A DNA stretch of 64,000 bases from Scyliorhinus canicula (Eukaryota): NCBI RefSeq assembly GCF_902713615.1, contig NC_052163.1:84555721-84619720 (forward strand), in the 5' to 3' direction. Under the pieces are notes generated by a model, which saw nothing but the letters and a program-made list of their open reading frames with translations, did no database searches and had not been told where the DNA came from. Shown here in pieces: positions 1 through 13,002 of the stretch. Made by a program: the position numbers and the translations under genes. How positions within the stretch are numbered: position 1 is the stretch's first letter; the number at the start of each line of letters is the position of its first letter.

Positions 1-2660
1 TCCTGTAAAACACAAAATCGGGTTAGCCTCAGGTTCGCACTCCGTCCACATCACCGGGTGCTGCATCGCGGACCTCACGGTCCAGGGGAAGGTTTTTAAA
101 AATTATAAATTCCTTGTCCTCCCTGACCTTTGCGCACCGGCACTCCTAGGACTGGACTTCCAATGCAACCTGCAGAGCTTGACCTTTCAATTCGGCGGCC
201 CTATACCCCCCCTCACTGTCTGCAGCCTCGCGTCCCTCAAAGTGGACCCCCCCTCCTTGTTTGCTAATCTCACCCCCGATTGCAAACCCGTCGCGACACG
301 GAGCAGACGGTACAGCGCCCAGGACCGGTCCTTCATCAGGTCCGAGGTCCAGAGGCTGCTGATGGAAGGGGTCATCGAGGCCAGCAACAGTCCCTGGCGA
401 GCCCAAGTGCTGGTGGTCCGGACTGGGGAGAAAAACCGGATGGTCATCGACTATAGCCAGACCATCAACCGGTTTACGCAACTGGACGCGTATCCTCTCC
501 CCCGTATTTCCACCATGGTAAATGATATCGCTAAATACAAGGTCTTCTCCACTGTGGACCTTAAGTCCGCTTATCACCAGCTCCCCATCCGCGCGAGTGA
601 CCGCAAATACACCGCGTTTGAGGCAGATGGGCGCCTCTACCACTTCCTTAGGGTTCCATTTGGTGTCACAAATGGGGTCTCGGTCTTCCAACGGGAGATG
701 GACCGAATGGTCGACGAGTACGGATTACTGGCTACCTTCCCGTATCTTGATAATGTCACCATCTGCGGCCACGATCAGCAGGACCATGACGCCAACCTCC
801 AGCAATTCCTCCAAACCGCAAAACTCCTTAACCTCACATACAATAAGGATAAGTGCGTGTTTAGCACCGACCGTCTAGCCATCCTCGGCTACATAGTGCG
901 TAAAGGAGTGATAGGCCCCGACCCCGAACGTATGCGCCCCCTGATGGAACTCCCTCTCCCCAGTACCCCAAATCCCTCAAACGCTGCCTGGGGTTCTTCG
1001 CATACTACGCCCAATGGGTTCCCAACTACGCTGACAGAGGCCCGTCCCCTCATTCAAACCACGACCTTCCCGCCGTCGACAGAGGCCTGCCAGGCCTTTA
1101 GCCACATCAAAGCGGACATCGGAAAGGCCACGATGCGCGCCATCAACGAGTCCCTCCCTTTCCAGGTCGAGAGCGACGCATCAGAAGTTGCTCTGGCGGC
1201 CACCCTGAACCAAGCGGGCAGACCCGTGGCCTTCTTTTCCAGAACTCTCCAGGCTTCCGAACTCCGCCACCCCTCTGTGGAAAAGGAAGCCCAGGCCATA
1301 GTCGAAGCGGTGCGACATTGGAGGCACTATTTGGCCGGCAGGAGGTTTACCCTCCTCACAGACCAACGGTCAGTAACCTTCATGTTTGATAATGCACAAA
1401 GGGGCAAGATCAAGAATGACAAGATCTTACGGTGACGGATCGAGTTGTCCACGTACAACTATGAGATCTTGTATCGTCCTGGGAAGCTCAATGAGCCTCC
1501 TGATGCCCTGTCCCGCGGTACCTGCGCCAGCGCGCAGATAGACCGCCTCCGCTCCCTCCATGCGGACCTCTGCCATCCAGGGGTGACCCGCCTCTACCAT
1601 TTCATTAAGGCCCGCAACCTGCCTTTCTCCATCGCGGGAGTCAGGACAGTAACCCGTGACTGCCACATCTGCGCAGAGTGCAAACCGCACTTCTACCGCC
1701 CCGAGCGCGCACACCTGATCAAAGCATCCCGCCCCTTCGAACGTCTCAGCATTGACTTCAAGGGGCCCCTTCCCTCTAACAACCGCAACATTTATTTCCT
1801 GGCGGTAATTGACGAATTCTCCCGCTTCCCCTTCACCATTCCCTGCCCCGACATGACCACATCGACCGTCATTAAGGCCCTACTCTCCATCTTCTCCCTG
1901 TTCGGCTACCCCACGTACATACACAGCGATCGGGGGTCCTCCTTTATGAGCGATGAGCTGCATCAATTCCTGCTCAACAGAGGCATTGCCTCTAGCAGGA
2001 CGACCAGCTATAACCCCCGGGGTAACGGACAGGTCGAGCAGGAGAATGGTACCATCTGGAAGACCATACTACTGGCCCTCCGGTCCAGAGATCTCCCTAT
2101 TTCCCGATGGCAAGAGGTTATCCCCGATGCCCTACATTCAATCCGCTCACTCCTCTGTACCGCAACTAATCAGACACCTCATGAACGTCTTCTAGTTTTC
2201 CCCAGGAAGTCATCCTTCGGATCCTCTCTCCCGACGTGGCTAGTCACCCCCGGACCCATCTTGCTCCGGAAGCATGTGCGGATGCACAAGTCCGACCCGT
2301 TGGTGGAATAAGTCCAGTTACTCCACGCTAACCCGCATTATGCGTATGTGGAGTACCCCGACGGTCGATAGGACACGGTCTCCCTCCGGGACCTGGCACC
2401 CGCCGGCGTGCGGCCTTCCCCCCTCCACCACAGACTCCCCCCTGTTTTTTTCCCCCCAGCGCCCCACTCAGGCTCCCCCTGCCCCATCCATGGCGTCTTC
2501 ACAGCCAGCTCGGGTGACGGAGACTGTTCAAGGACCATCGCTCCCGGACTCCAGGACGTCAGCGGAACCACCACCATCGGCCGACCTGACGTCACCTCCT
2601 CCACTGCGGCGGTCTGCCAGAACGTCACGGGCCACGAAAAGACTGATCGAATCGTTCTAA
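1..2660 (+). mobile_element. Ty3/gypsy LTR retrotransposon pol (PR C-term, RT, RNase H, integrase), decayed, truncated at window start
   Basis: RT motifs SPWRAQV..IDYSQTIN..DLKSAYHQ..PFGVTNG..YLDN; RNase H ESDASEVALAA/EKEAQAIV; integrase HPGVTR..CHICAEC, SIDFKGP, HSDRGSSF, NGQVEQENG. Stops at 1433 and 2309 and a compensating frameshift pair. No LTR found. Confidence 0.95.
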
Positions 2661-2789
2661 ATTTCGACAGCTCCATGGACTTTTGTGTAATATCGCTTAT
2701 TGTCTGGGCCAGTGGGAAGCCCCCAAATTCGATAAAAGAAAGTTGGTGGGGATGGGAGTGCCGCTGTCGCGAGGTCCCGGAGGGAGGTC

Positions 2790-4290
2790 CCCTTGCAGTG
2801 GCTCGATTGCGAGGGCGAACAGCAGCGTGGATAATGGGCATCCCTGTCTCGTGCCACTGTGCAACTGGAAGTACTTAGAGCTGGTGGTGTTTGTCCGTAC
2901 GCTCGTCCTGGGAGCGTTGTACAGGAGCTTCACCCAGGCTGTGAATCCTGTTCTGAGCCCAACCTGCTCAGGTACTCCCATTCGACTCTCAAAGCCCTTT
3001 TCTGTGTCGAGGGAGACGATCACCTCAGGTATTCTCTCCCCAGGTCATGTTCAGCAGGCGCCTGATATTTGATGTCAGCTGTCTACCTTTGACAAAGCCC
3101 ATTTGGTCTTCCTCCACCTCTGGAACTCAGTTCTGCAGCCTCTTGGCTTGGATTTTGGCCAGTGTTTTGGCGTCTACGTTTAGCAAGGAGGTAGGTCAGT
3201 CGGAACCGCACTCTGTTGGATCTTTGTCCTTTTTAGTTATTAGCGAGATTGAGGCTTGTGCCAGCTTAAGTGGCAGTGTGCCCCTCGCCAGCGAGTCTGT
3301 GAACATCTCCACCTTGCCCGGCTCCACCGGGGCTTTGCAGAAAGGTCCCTTGCCTTGGTACGTGACCCAGAGCTTGGCTGGGTACAGCACACCAAAATGT
3401 ATGTTCTTGTACAGAGGGCCTTTGCTCTGTTAAATTCGGCCTGCCATTTGGCCAGGTCAGCCCCAATGTCTTGGTAAATTCTAATTTTGTGTCTTTCCCA
3501 GTTGCAGTTCTTGGACTGCCTAGCTCAGCGCAGGATTCTCTCCCAGTCCATGGTGCCAATTCAGTTTGGCGACTACTGCTCTTAGTTGGTCCCCGGCTTT
3601 GGGCCGGTGTGCTCTGTCTATTTCTGGTGGTTTGGGGAAGGTCTCCCTTCCCACCAGGTAGCCCAGCATCTGGCCTCATCGTTTGTGGGGTCCCTACCTT
3701 CTATCTCCTCCGATAGGACGCGATCTGCAATTTTTGTCCTCGTTTACCTTTTAAACTGCCCTGTGTTGCGATAACCTCACCATCTCTTCCTCCAGGCCAA
3801 CGATCCAGTCACTCTGGCCTGTTGGTGCCCTTTCCAGGTCTGTGATTGTCGCTTCTTGGGCCTCCAGTCTCTTTTCTGCTTTGTCCAGGGCGAGCTGTAT
3901 CTGTGCCAGGTCTTCGACCACTGAGTCATTCACCGCTGCAATGATATCCATTTTCGTCTCCTGCCTGTGTTCCCTCAGTGCTACTGGGAAGAACCCCATC
4001 CAACTACCCCCCGGTGAGGGAGGGCTTTGTGTGCGGCTCGTCTGCCATTCTCGCTCCAGCGAAAGTTGGGCTCCGCTGCCTCATGCTCGTCCGATTGTTT
4101 CTGCTCAAGTTTCCTTCCACTCCTGGTCTCTGCTCAGCTCCTGCACTGACTTTTTCCGGACATTTTTCCCCTTCTCTCTTTTTCCCACTGTTCGACTTAG
4201 GTTGAGGCAACGAGTTGTTGTGTTTTCTGGTGCGTTTGCACAATGGGAGGAAAGCCACCTGATGTACAACTGCTCAGCTGGTCACCGGAA
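2790..4290 (-). mobile_element. L1/Tx1-clade LINE, internally deleted (5' UTR, ORF1 coiled coil, RT part)
   Basis: RQGCPLSTLLFALAIEPL, AQASISLITKKDKDPTECGS, ORF1-like LDKAEKRLEAQEATITDLE. The 5' leader TTCCGG..CTGAGCAGT..CATCAGGTGG is shared with the element at 33115. Confidence 0.8.
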
Positions 4291-4294
4291 CTCC

Positions 4295-4845
4295 TTATTG
4301 CCCATCTCTAATTTTCCTTGAGAACATGATTCTTGGACTACTCCAGTCCATGTGACGCCGATTCCAGGATTTTGGCAGTAAAGAAATGGCCAATATTTGG
4401 AGGTGAGCTTTACAAGTGGTGGCGTTCGCATGCATCTGCTGCCCTTGGCCATATAGGTAGAAGAGTCTTGAGTTTGGAAGGTGCTGTCAAAGGGTCCTGC
4501 AGTCTATCTTGTACATTGTACAGCTGCCACTGTGCATCGGTGATGGAAGGAGGACATTTTGAAGGGGTGCCAATTAAGCTGATTTATCCCGGATGGAGTA
4601 TCTTGAGTGTTTTTGGTGCTGCACTCATGCAGGCAAATGGATAGTATTCCATAACACCGTGCCGATGATGGACATCGTTTGGGAAGACTTGTAGTGAGTT
4701 ATTCTCAATAGAATTCAAAACCTCTGGCCTGCTCTTGTAGACAAATGTATAAGGCTGTCCAGTTCACTTTCTGGTCAATGGTAACCCTAAGGATGTTAAT
4801 AGTGTGGGAATCAGCGATGGTAATGCCATTCAATGTCAATGTCTT
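4295..4845 (-). mobile_element. CR1-group LINE 3' fragment (family with AGQRLGILRR/YKAQVRS C-terminus)
   Basis: Nucleotide similarity to 9630-10224 and 56000-56500 (e.g. TGGTCAATGGTAACCC..GGATGTT..GGTAATGCCATT). Confidence 0.65.
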
Positions 4846-5433
4846 CATGTGGGACTCTAGACAGTGAGTGTAGACAGACATGTGAAGACAAAAATCAACG
4901 TAATCCTGTCCATATCTCACTTCCAGGAATCAGGTGACTGGCAGTGATCAGGACTGTGGGAATTCTAGCTGCTTTATGATTTGTATACCCCAGGAGCCAT
5001 GAAAGTTATTGTATCATTTCAAAGAGGTAAAATCAGCTATCCCATCCTGAACAGGAATACACCCCTAATCCTTCCTTGTTGGTATATTTCAATACCACTG
5101 TGTTGTGTATCAGCTCTATCCATTGGTTTCTTCCATGATGGATATACATGTAGCTGGTATTTGAGGTCAACACCATCCCTCCACATTGGCTGGTGCCCAT
5201 GTCAGGCACCATTGCAGAATCTTTACAGTTTTATGCAGGTGCACATTCTCTAGATGAATTTCAATGATGTGCTGAGTGCAGTATGGATTAGGAACTCCGC
5301 CCCACTATAGTTGACTCTTTACTTCATTTTTTTCATCCATCAAAAGTCAATTTCTTCCAAAACATTAAGATGCTGCAAATGGATTTAAAAACAGTTTTAA
5401 AAAAATGAGACAGTACGGCATGGACAGACAGAT

Positions 5434-5793
5434 GGGCAGCACGGTAGCATGGTGGTTAGCATAAATGCTTCACAGCTCCAGGGTCCCAGGTTCGGTTCCC
5501 GGCTGGGTCACTGTCTGTGCGGAGTCTGCACGTCCTCCCCGTGTGTGTGGGTTTCCTCCGGGTGCTCCGGTTTCCTCCCACAGTCCAAAGATGTGCGGGT
5601 TAGGTGGATTGGCCATGCTAAATTGCCCGTAGTGTCCTCAAAAGTAAAGTTAAGGGGGGGAGGGGGTTGTTGGGTTACGGGTTTAGGGCGGATACATGGG
5701 TTTGAGTAGGGTGATCATTGCTCGGCACAACATCGAGGGCCGAAGGGCCTGTTCTGTGCTGTACTGTTCTATGTTCTATGTTCTATGTTCTAT
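5434..5793 (+). mobile_element. V-SINE, HE1-like long subfamily
   Basis: tRNA-like head GGGCAGCACGGTAGCATGG, V-domain GGGTTTCCTCCGGGTGCTCCGGTTTCCTCCCACA, (TTCTATG)n tail. Near-identical copies at 23597, 29599 (-) and 45200. Confidence 0.92.
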
Positions 5794-6174
5794 GAGACCA
5801 AGAAATTTAATCAAAAAGATGAACATTGGGAGCCAAAACTCAGGGAATTTTTACTACAATCAGAAAAAAGATACCTTTTAATGTTCTTCAGCACAGAAGA
5901 CGCATAGTGACTCAGAATTGCAAACAGGAACATCCACCTTGGAAGGAGATTTTAAGACTGTTGATCAAAAACCTGAAGCATAAGTAGAACAGGGGCTTGA
6001 ACCAAGGAGGAGCAATTTCAGGAAAGTCTGCAGCAACAGAAATCATGGGAATAGTCCACTCTAGTGGAGCTTTGTCCAGGAGGTTGAGGGCTGGAAAAGG
6101 AGGGAGAGGAAGGCTGCTGGCAGGGACCAGGACTTCATATTGTCAAGAGCACGTATCATGATTTTGTGGACCTA

Positions 6175-6401
6175 GGGCAGCACAGTGGCACGGTGGATGG
6201 CACTGCTGCCTCACAGCGCCGAGATCCCAGGTTCGATCCCGGCTCTGGGCCATTGGCCGTGTGGAGTTTGTACATTCTCCCCGTGTTTGCATGGGTTTCA
6301 CCCCCACACCCCAAAGATGTGCATGCTAGGTGGATTGGCCACGCTAAATTGCCCCTTAATTGGAAAACATGAATTGGGTACTCTAAATTTATTTTTTTTA
6401 A
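6175..6401 (+). mobile_element. V-SINE, short subfamily, with 17-bp TSD
   Basis: TSD ATGATTTTGTGGACCTA at 6158-6174 and 6402-6418; tail TTGCCCCTTAATTGGAAAA..TACTCTAAATTTATTT. Confidence 0.92.
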
Positions 6402-6664
6402 ATGATTTTGTGGACCTAACCAAAGCAAGTACGCTCCTCGTCCACACATTATGTTCCTAACACTAACAAGTAAAAGATTTATCAAGGAACCATAGAATCC
6501 CGACAGTGCAGAAGGTGGCCATTTGGCCCATTGAGTCTGCACCAATCCATTGAAAGAGCACCTCACCTAGGCCCAGTCCCCCGCCCCAGCCCCATAACCC
6601 TATCTAACCTGCAGATATTTCGACTTTGAGAGGAAACCGGAGCACCTGGAGGACAGGCTGCTAA

Positions 6665-6900
6665 TCCTGATGCTCTTTCGCTCTGTTGGTTAGACAGCTA
6701 GTTCCTGATGCAGAGCAATGGCAGCAGAGTAGGTTCAGTTCCTGTACCAGATGAGGTTATTCGTGAAGGCCTCGTTTTCCTCAACCTTTCCCCTTGTCTG
6801 AGGTGTGGTGATCCTCAGGTTAAACCATCACCAATCAGCTCACCCTTTCAGTGGGGAAAGCAGCCTATGGTCACCTGGGACATTGGTGACTTTATCTTAT
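6665..6900 (+). mobile_element. tRNA-derived SINE, DeuSINE/SacSINE1-like
   Basis: Core CCTGAGGTGTGGTGATCCTCAGGTTAAACCA..AAAGCAGCCTATGGTC; related copies at 53195-53375 (+) and 63361-63590 (-). Family name recalled, not searched. Confidence 0.6.
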
Positions 6901-7229
6901 CCTGATGCTCTGTTGCCCTGGATGACCTTCTAGTCAGCTGAAGCCATGAGGGCCCTGGCATGGTGAGGGATTCCTGCCCAATGGCAGGTGTTTATAGAAT
7001 CCAAGTCAGCCTGTGAAGTCAAAACCAAGACACGGCTGTTCTTTACTGAGCAAGTGTATTGACTTTTTCAGCCCCATAACTCTCACCTCACACCCGGTGT
7101 CTCAGCTGTCACCTATTTATACTCCTTTTAGAACTTAGAACATAGAACATACAGTGCAGAAGGAGGCCATTCGGCCCGTCAAGTCTGCACCGACCCACTT
7201 CCACCCTATCCCTGTAACCCAATTTTAAT

Positions 7230-7540
7230 AATACAATAAGCAAAAATGACAGGGATGACAGTCCCTGGTGGGGCACCAAATTTAAAATAAAATGTCATTC
7301 CCAGGGGTGATGATGCCCCCCAGCCCCTGTAGCGCCCATCGGTCACGGAAGGCCTGAAGCAAACCATGTGTTCCCTCTCCAAGGCCACATGGATACAAAA
7401 GTCGCTGCAGAAGAAGGGCAGACAGTTGGGTTGGACAACCCTCCGCAACTGCCCACTGCCTGGACAGGTTAATAGCCCATGAGGAGGTCCTCCTCCCTCC
7501 CCACCCCACTCTGCACCGGGTGGCCGAAGATTAGGAGCGG
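7230..7540 (-). mobile_element. Tx1-like LINE 3' end
   Basis: Frameshifted translation RRVVQPNCLPFF..VALEREH..AFRDRWALQGLGGIITPGNDILF* followed by an A-rich tail, typical of Tx1 ORF2 C-termini. Confidence 0.6.
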
Positions 7541-7944
7541 GGCTGAAATGCAACCAAAGGCCGAGAAGCAGACCTTTCAAATAGTATCCTATTTATAGTC
7601 TCTATTAAAAGAAACAGAAATCAATCAATAAAGTTAATGAGTGTGTGTGTGGGGGGGGGGGGGGGGGGGGGGGGGGGGTGATAACAACACCACATGAAGC
7701 ACTGTAACAAAGAATTCCAGGTGGTGATGTTCCCCACATCTGCCAAAATAAGGTCTAATTGGCACAACCTGATTACAGGAGATGAACAAGGACCAAGTAG
7801 AGACTCCAGGTGCCTTGTCCTTCTCTCCTATTGGCAATGCCTACGTGAGGTCATTGACAGTGTGTAGGGTTGCAGGTTTGAACATATACCTAGCAATCCC
7901 TGATTATCGGTCTGACTGTTCACGAGAATCATCAATCTCTCACA

Positions 7945-8600
7945 GGAGGAGGTGTGCAGATTACCAACACCTTTTAGGTGTACAGATCACCAACAGCCTG
8001 TCCTGGTCCCCCCATGCCGACACTATAGTTAAGAAAGCCCACCAATGACTACTTTCTCAGAAGACTAAGGAAATTTGGCATGTCAGCTACGACCCTCACC
8101 AACTTCTACAGATGCACCATAGAAAGCATTCTTTCTGGTTGCATCACAGCTTGGTATGGAGCCTGCTCTGCCCAAGACCGCAGGAAACTACAAAAGGTCG
8201 TGAATGTAGCCCTGTCCATCACGCAAACCAGCCTCCCATCCATTGACTCTACCTATAATACCCGCTGCCTCAGAAATACAGCCAGCATAATTAAGGACCC
8301 CACGCACCCCGGGCATACTCTCTTCCACCTTCTTCCATCAGGAAAAAGACACCAAAGTTTGAGGTCACGTACCAACCGACACAAGAATAGCTTCTTCCCT
8401 ACTGCCATCAGACTTTTGAATGGACCTCCCTCGTATTAAGTTGATCTTTTCTCTACACCTTGCTCTAACTGTAACATTATATTCTGCAGTCTCTCCTTCC
8501 TTCCCTATGTACGGTATGCAATGTTTGTACAGCATGCAAGAAACAATACTTTTCACTGTATACTAATACATGTGACAATAATAAATCAAATCAAATCAAA
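7945..8600 (+). mobile_element. Rex1/Babar LINE 3' fragment
   Basis: TIESILSGCITAWYG..RKLQKVV..IIKDPTHPGHTLFHLLPSG..NSFFPTAIRLLN; AATAAA and (TCAAA)n tail. Confidence 0.85.
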
Positions 8601-10224
8601 GGAAGCTATTCAGAGCAGAGGGTGAAAGCAGCACTAATGCCCAGGATGAACTCCATCACTGTTTGGCCAGGGCGGCATACATGCTGGTAGCACCGCCAGA
8701 TATTCACTCACCATTGGCTGCATTACAGCCAACTCTACAGATCTTGTCCTTTCCCTGGGGTTCAAAGTCTTCCTGGTCTCCTGTGAGACAGAGGCCTGGA
8801 CTGTCATAGCCTCCAGCAGCTAATTTGGTGATTACACTGTACTCCTGTCCCACTTGTGTTACTATTTTGGCTGTTGTGTGCAAATGTGGGAGATGGGAGG
8901 TTATCCAAAAGAGCATTGGGGGAATCAAGTCTCACTGTCAAGTTTAGGTCATCTCAATAGGACAACAAATCGCCAATATAAGCACAAATTGGACTGATTT
9001 CCCTGGGTCGCTCGTGCTAGAATGTGCCCTGGACAACGGCAGCAGTTTGGACATCCCTAATGTAGGTAACAAAACATTGTGTTACAAATGGCAATAACAA
9101 CAATAACTTGCATTTTGAATTCATTCACAGGAAATAGAATATCACGGAGGCCCCAGAAAATACCGGGTCAGGCCCGTTAATGATATGTGAGTGGCATTTA
9201 CTGTTTGTACAGAGTAGCGCGCAGTGACGCCACTGTCGAGGCACAGGAGCATGATATTCTGGCATGCGCCCGGTGCCGGCCACGATTCTGGCCTCACAAC
9301 CGAGGAGGTTAATTACTCGCCATAGGACCCCCAACCTTTGACCTGCTCTGGTAGCCACAGTATTAATATGGCAAGTCCAGTTCAGTTTCTAATCAATAGT
9401 AACCCCCAGGATGTTGATTCGGGGAGTTCAGTGATGGTAATACCATTGAATGTTAAGGGGCAATAGTTAGATCCTCTCTTGTAGGAGATGGTCATTGCCT
9501 GGCACTTGTGTGGCATGAATGTAACTTGCCACTTGTTAACCCAGGCCTGGATATTGTCCAGGTCTTGCTGCATTTGGACATGGGCGGCTTCATTATCTGA
9601 GGTGTTGCGAATGATGCTGAAATGTTTTTTTTAATTCATTGACAGGATGTGGGCATCGCTGGTTAGGCCAGCATTTATTGCCCATCCCGAGTTGCCTGTC
9701 AGAATGTGGTGGTAAATTGTCTTCTTAAACCGCTGCAGTCCTTGAAGTGTAGGTACACCCACCGTGCTGTTAGGGAGGAAGTTCCAGGCTGCTGCCCTAG
9801 CGACAGTGAAGGAACGGTGATATATTTACAAGTCAGACTGGCAAGTGACTTGGCGGGGAACCTCCAAGTGGTGAGGTTCCCATGTATCTGCTGCTCTTGT
9901 CCTTCTAGATGGTAGTGGAAGGTGTTGTCTTCTTGGTGAGTTACTGCAGTGCATCTTGTAGATGGGACACATGGCTGCCACTGTTCGTTGGTGGTGGAGG
10001 GTTTGAATGTTTGTGGAAGGAAGAGCAGTCAAGCGGGATTCTTTGACATGGGTGGTGTCGAGTTTCTTGAGTGGGGTTGGAGCTGCACTCCAGGCAAGTG
10101 GAGAGTGTTCATTGCACTCCAGACTTGTGCCTTGTAGATGATGGACAGGCTTTGGGGGGGTTAGGAGGTGAATTACTCTCCGTCGGATTCCTAACCTTTG
10201 ACCTGCCCTGGTAGCCACAGTATT

Positions 10225-10423
10225 TTTTTTAAAATGTTTTTATTACAAATTTTTCAATAATTTTTACAAAACACGACAAAAAAGAAAATAATTCAAAGAG
10301 AACAAAGCAATATATCAACAAAAAACACTTAACCCTCTATCCAGCTAAGAATTTAACAGACAAAACAAAACAATATGGGGCATCTGCCCCTAACAAATAA
10401 CGTGAAAACAACCCACCCATCCG

Positions 10424-10457
<34 letters not shown>

Positions 10458-11620
10458 AGTTGCTGCTGCTGCTGACCTCCATCTATTGTTCCGCGAGAAA
10501 GTCATGGAACGGTTGGCACCGCCTGCAGAGACCCTCGCAAGGCAAACTTTATCTTCTCCAACCTGAGAAATCGAGCCATGTCACTGATCCAAGCCTCCAC
10601 GCTTGGCGGATTCACGTCCCTCCACATTAACAAGAGCCTTCTCCAGGCTACCAAGGAGGCAAAGACCAGAACTCCGGCCTCTTTCGACTTCTGCACTCCC
10701 GGATCATCCGATACCCCAAATATCGCTATCCCGGTTTTACCCGAGTGTCCCGCCCTTTGCGAAGCCCTTCCAAAATTCCGTAAATGCCGGGCATGCCCAG
10801 AACATATGAGCATGATTAGCTGGGCTCCCTGAACACCTCACACACCTGTCCTCTATCCCAAAAAGCTTACTCATTCTCGCCCCTGTCAAATGCGTCCAAT
10901 GCACCACTTTAAACTGAATCAGGCTAAGCCTGGCGCAAGATGAGGAGGAATTGACCCTGCCCAGGGCGTCCGCCCACAGGCCCTCATTCAGCTCCTCACC
11001 CAGCTCCTCCTCCCACTTACCCTTCAGCTCTTCCACCGAGGTCTCCTCTACCTCCTGCAGCTCCTGGTATATTTCCGATATCTTGCCATCCCCAACCCAC
11101 ATGCCCGAGACCACCCTATCCTGTATCCTCCGAGCAGGCAGCCGTGGGAATTCCTGCACCAGCTTTTTCACGAACGCCAGAACCTGCATGTACATAAAGG
11201 TGTTCCCTGGGGATAGCCCAAATTTCTCTTCCAGCGCCCTCTGACTGGCAAAGGTACCATCAATAAACATGTCCCCCATTCTTTTGATTCCCGCCCTATG
11301 CCAACTTAGGAACCCACCATTTATCCTACCTGGGACGAACCTATGATTGTTCCGTATCGGGGTCCAAACTGAGGCCCCCACCTCCCCCCTATGCCATCTC
11401 CACTGCCCCCAGACCCTCAGTGTCGCCGCCACCACCAACCTCGTGGTATACCGCGTCGGCGGAAGCAGCAATGGTGCCATCACCAGTGCCCCCAAGCTAG
11501 TGCCGATACAGGATGACGCTTCTAGCCGTTTCCATGCCGCCCCCGCTCCCTCCATTACCCACTTCCGAATCATAGACACATTCGCTGCCCACTAATAGCT
11601 GCACAAGTTCGGCAGTGCCA

Positions 11621-11652
<32 letters not shown>

Positions 11653-12966
11653 ACGACTGTGCTCCAAAAACAGTCTCTTCACCCGCGGGGTCTTATTTGC
11701 CCACACAAATCCTGTAATACTCCTATTTACCTGCTTAAAGAAGGACTTGGGATGAGAATGGGCAGGCACTGGAAGGCGAACAGGAACCTAGGGAGAACTG
11801 TCATCTTTACGAACTGCACCCTACCCGCCAGGGAGAGTGGCAACGCATCCCACCTCCTAAAGTCCTCCTCCATCTGATCCACCAGGCGCGCTAAATTGAG
11901 CTTGTGCAAAACCTCCCAACTCTTGGCTACCTGGTTACCCGAGTACCGAAAGCTCCTCTCCACCATCTTGAGTGGTAGCTCCCCCAATCTCTTTTCCTGG
12001 CCCCTTGCATGCACCACAAAAACCTTGCTTTTCCCCACATTCAACTTGTACCCCGAGAAGTTTCCAAAATCCCAAAGAATCTGCATAACCTCCCCCACCC
12101 CCTCCACCGGATCTGCAATGTACAGGAGCAGGTCATCCGCATACAGTGAAACACGGTCCCCTCCCAACCCCCCCCCCCCCCCCCCCCCCCCCGCCACCCC
12201 CAACCCCAACCGGACCAATCCCCTCCAGTTTCTGGATTCTCTCAACGCCATGGCCAGTGGCTCAATCGCCAGGGCAAACAGCAGGGGGGACAAAGGGCAC
12301 CCTTGCCTCGTTCCACGATATAACCTGAAATACTCTGACCGCAGCCGGTTTGTCGAAACTCTCGCTACCGGGGCCTGGTACAACAATTTGACCCATCCTA
12401 TGAATTCATCCCCAAACCCAAACCTGCCTAACACCTCCCACAAGTACTCCCACTCCACCCGATCAAAGGCTTTCTCCGCGTCCATTGCAGCTACCGCTTC
12501 TGCGTCCCTCCCCTCCGAGGACATCATGATCACATTAGGAGCCTTCACACATTCGTATTCAGCTGCCTGCCCTTCACAAACCCCGTCTGATCCTCACAAA
12601 TCACTCCTGGGGCACAATCCTCAATCCTAGTGGCACCTACATTAAGAAGCAAAATTGGCCTATAGGAGCCGCATTGCAACAGGTCCTTATCACGCTTGAG
12701 GATAAGCGAGATCAAAGCCTGCGACATTGTCGAGAGAAGGATTCCCTTTTCCTTAGTCTCATTAAAGGTTCTCAGCAACAGCGGGCCCAACAGCTCCGAG
12801 AACTTCCTTCAGAACTCAACGGGGAATCCATCCGGCCCCGGGGCCTTTCCCGCCTGCATACTCGCCAACCCCTTATCCAACTCCTCCATCCCAATCGGGG
12901 CCCCCAATCCCTCTAACCACCCTTCCTCCACCTTTGGCAACCTAAGTTGGTCCAGGAACTGTCGCA

Positions 12967-13002
<36 letters not shown>

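Noticed and set aside
5434-5510. tRNA-like sequence at the heads of SINEs (also 23597, 29850, 45200, 54450)
   Set aside because: These are SINE A/B-box heads followed by V-domain and LINE tail, not tRNA genes.
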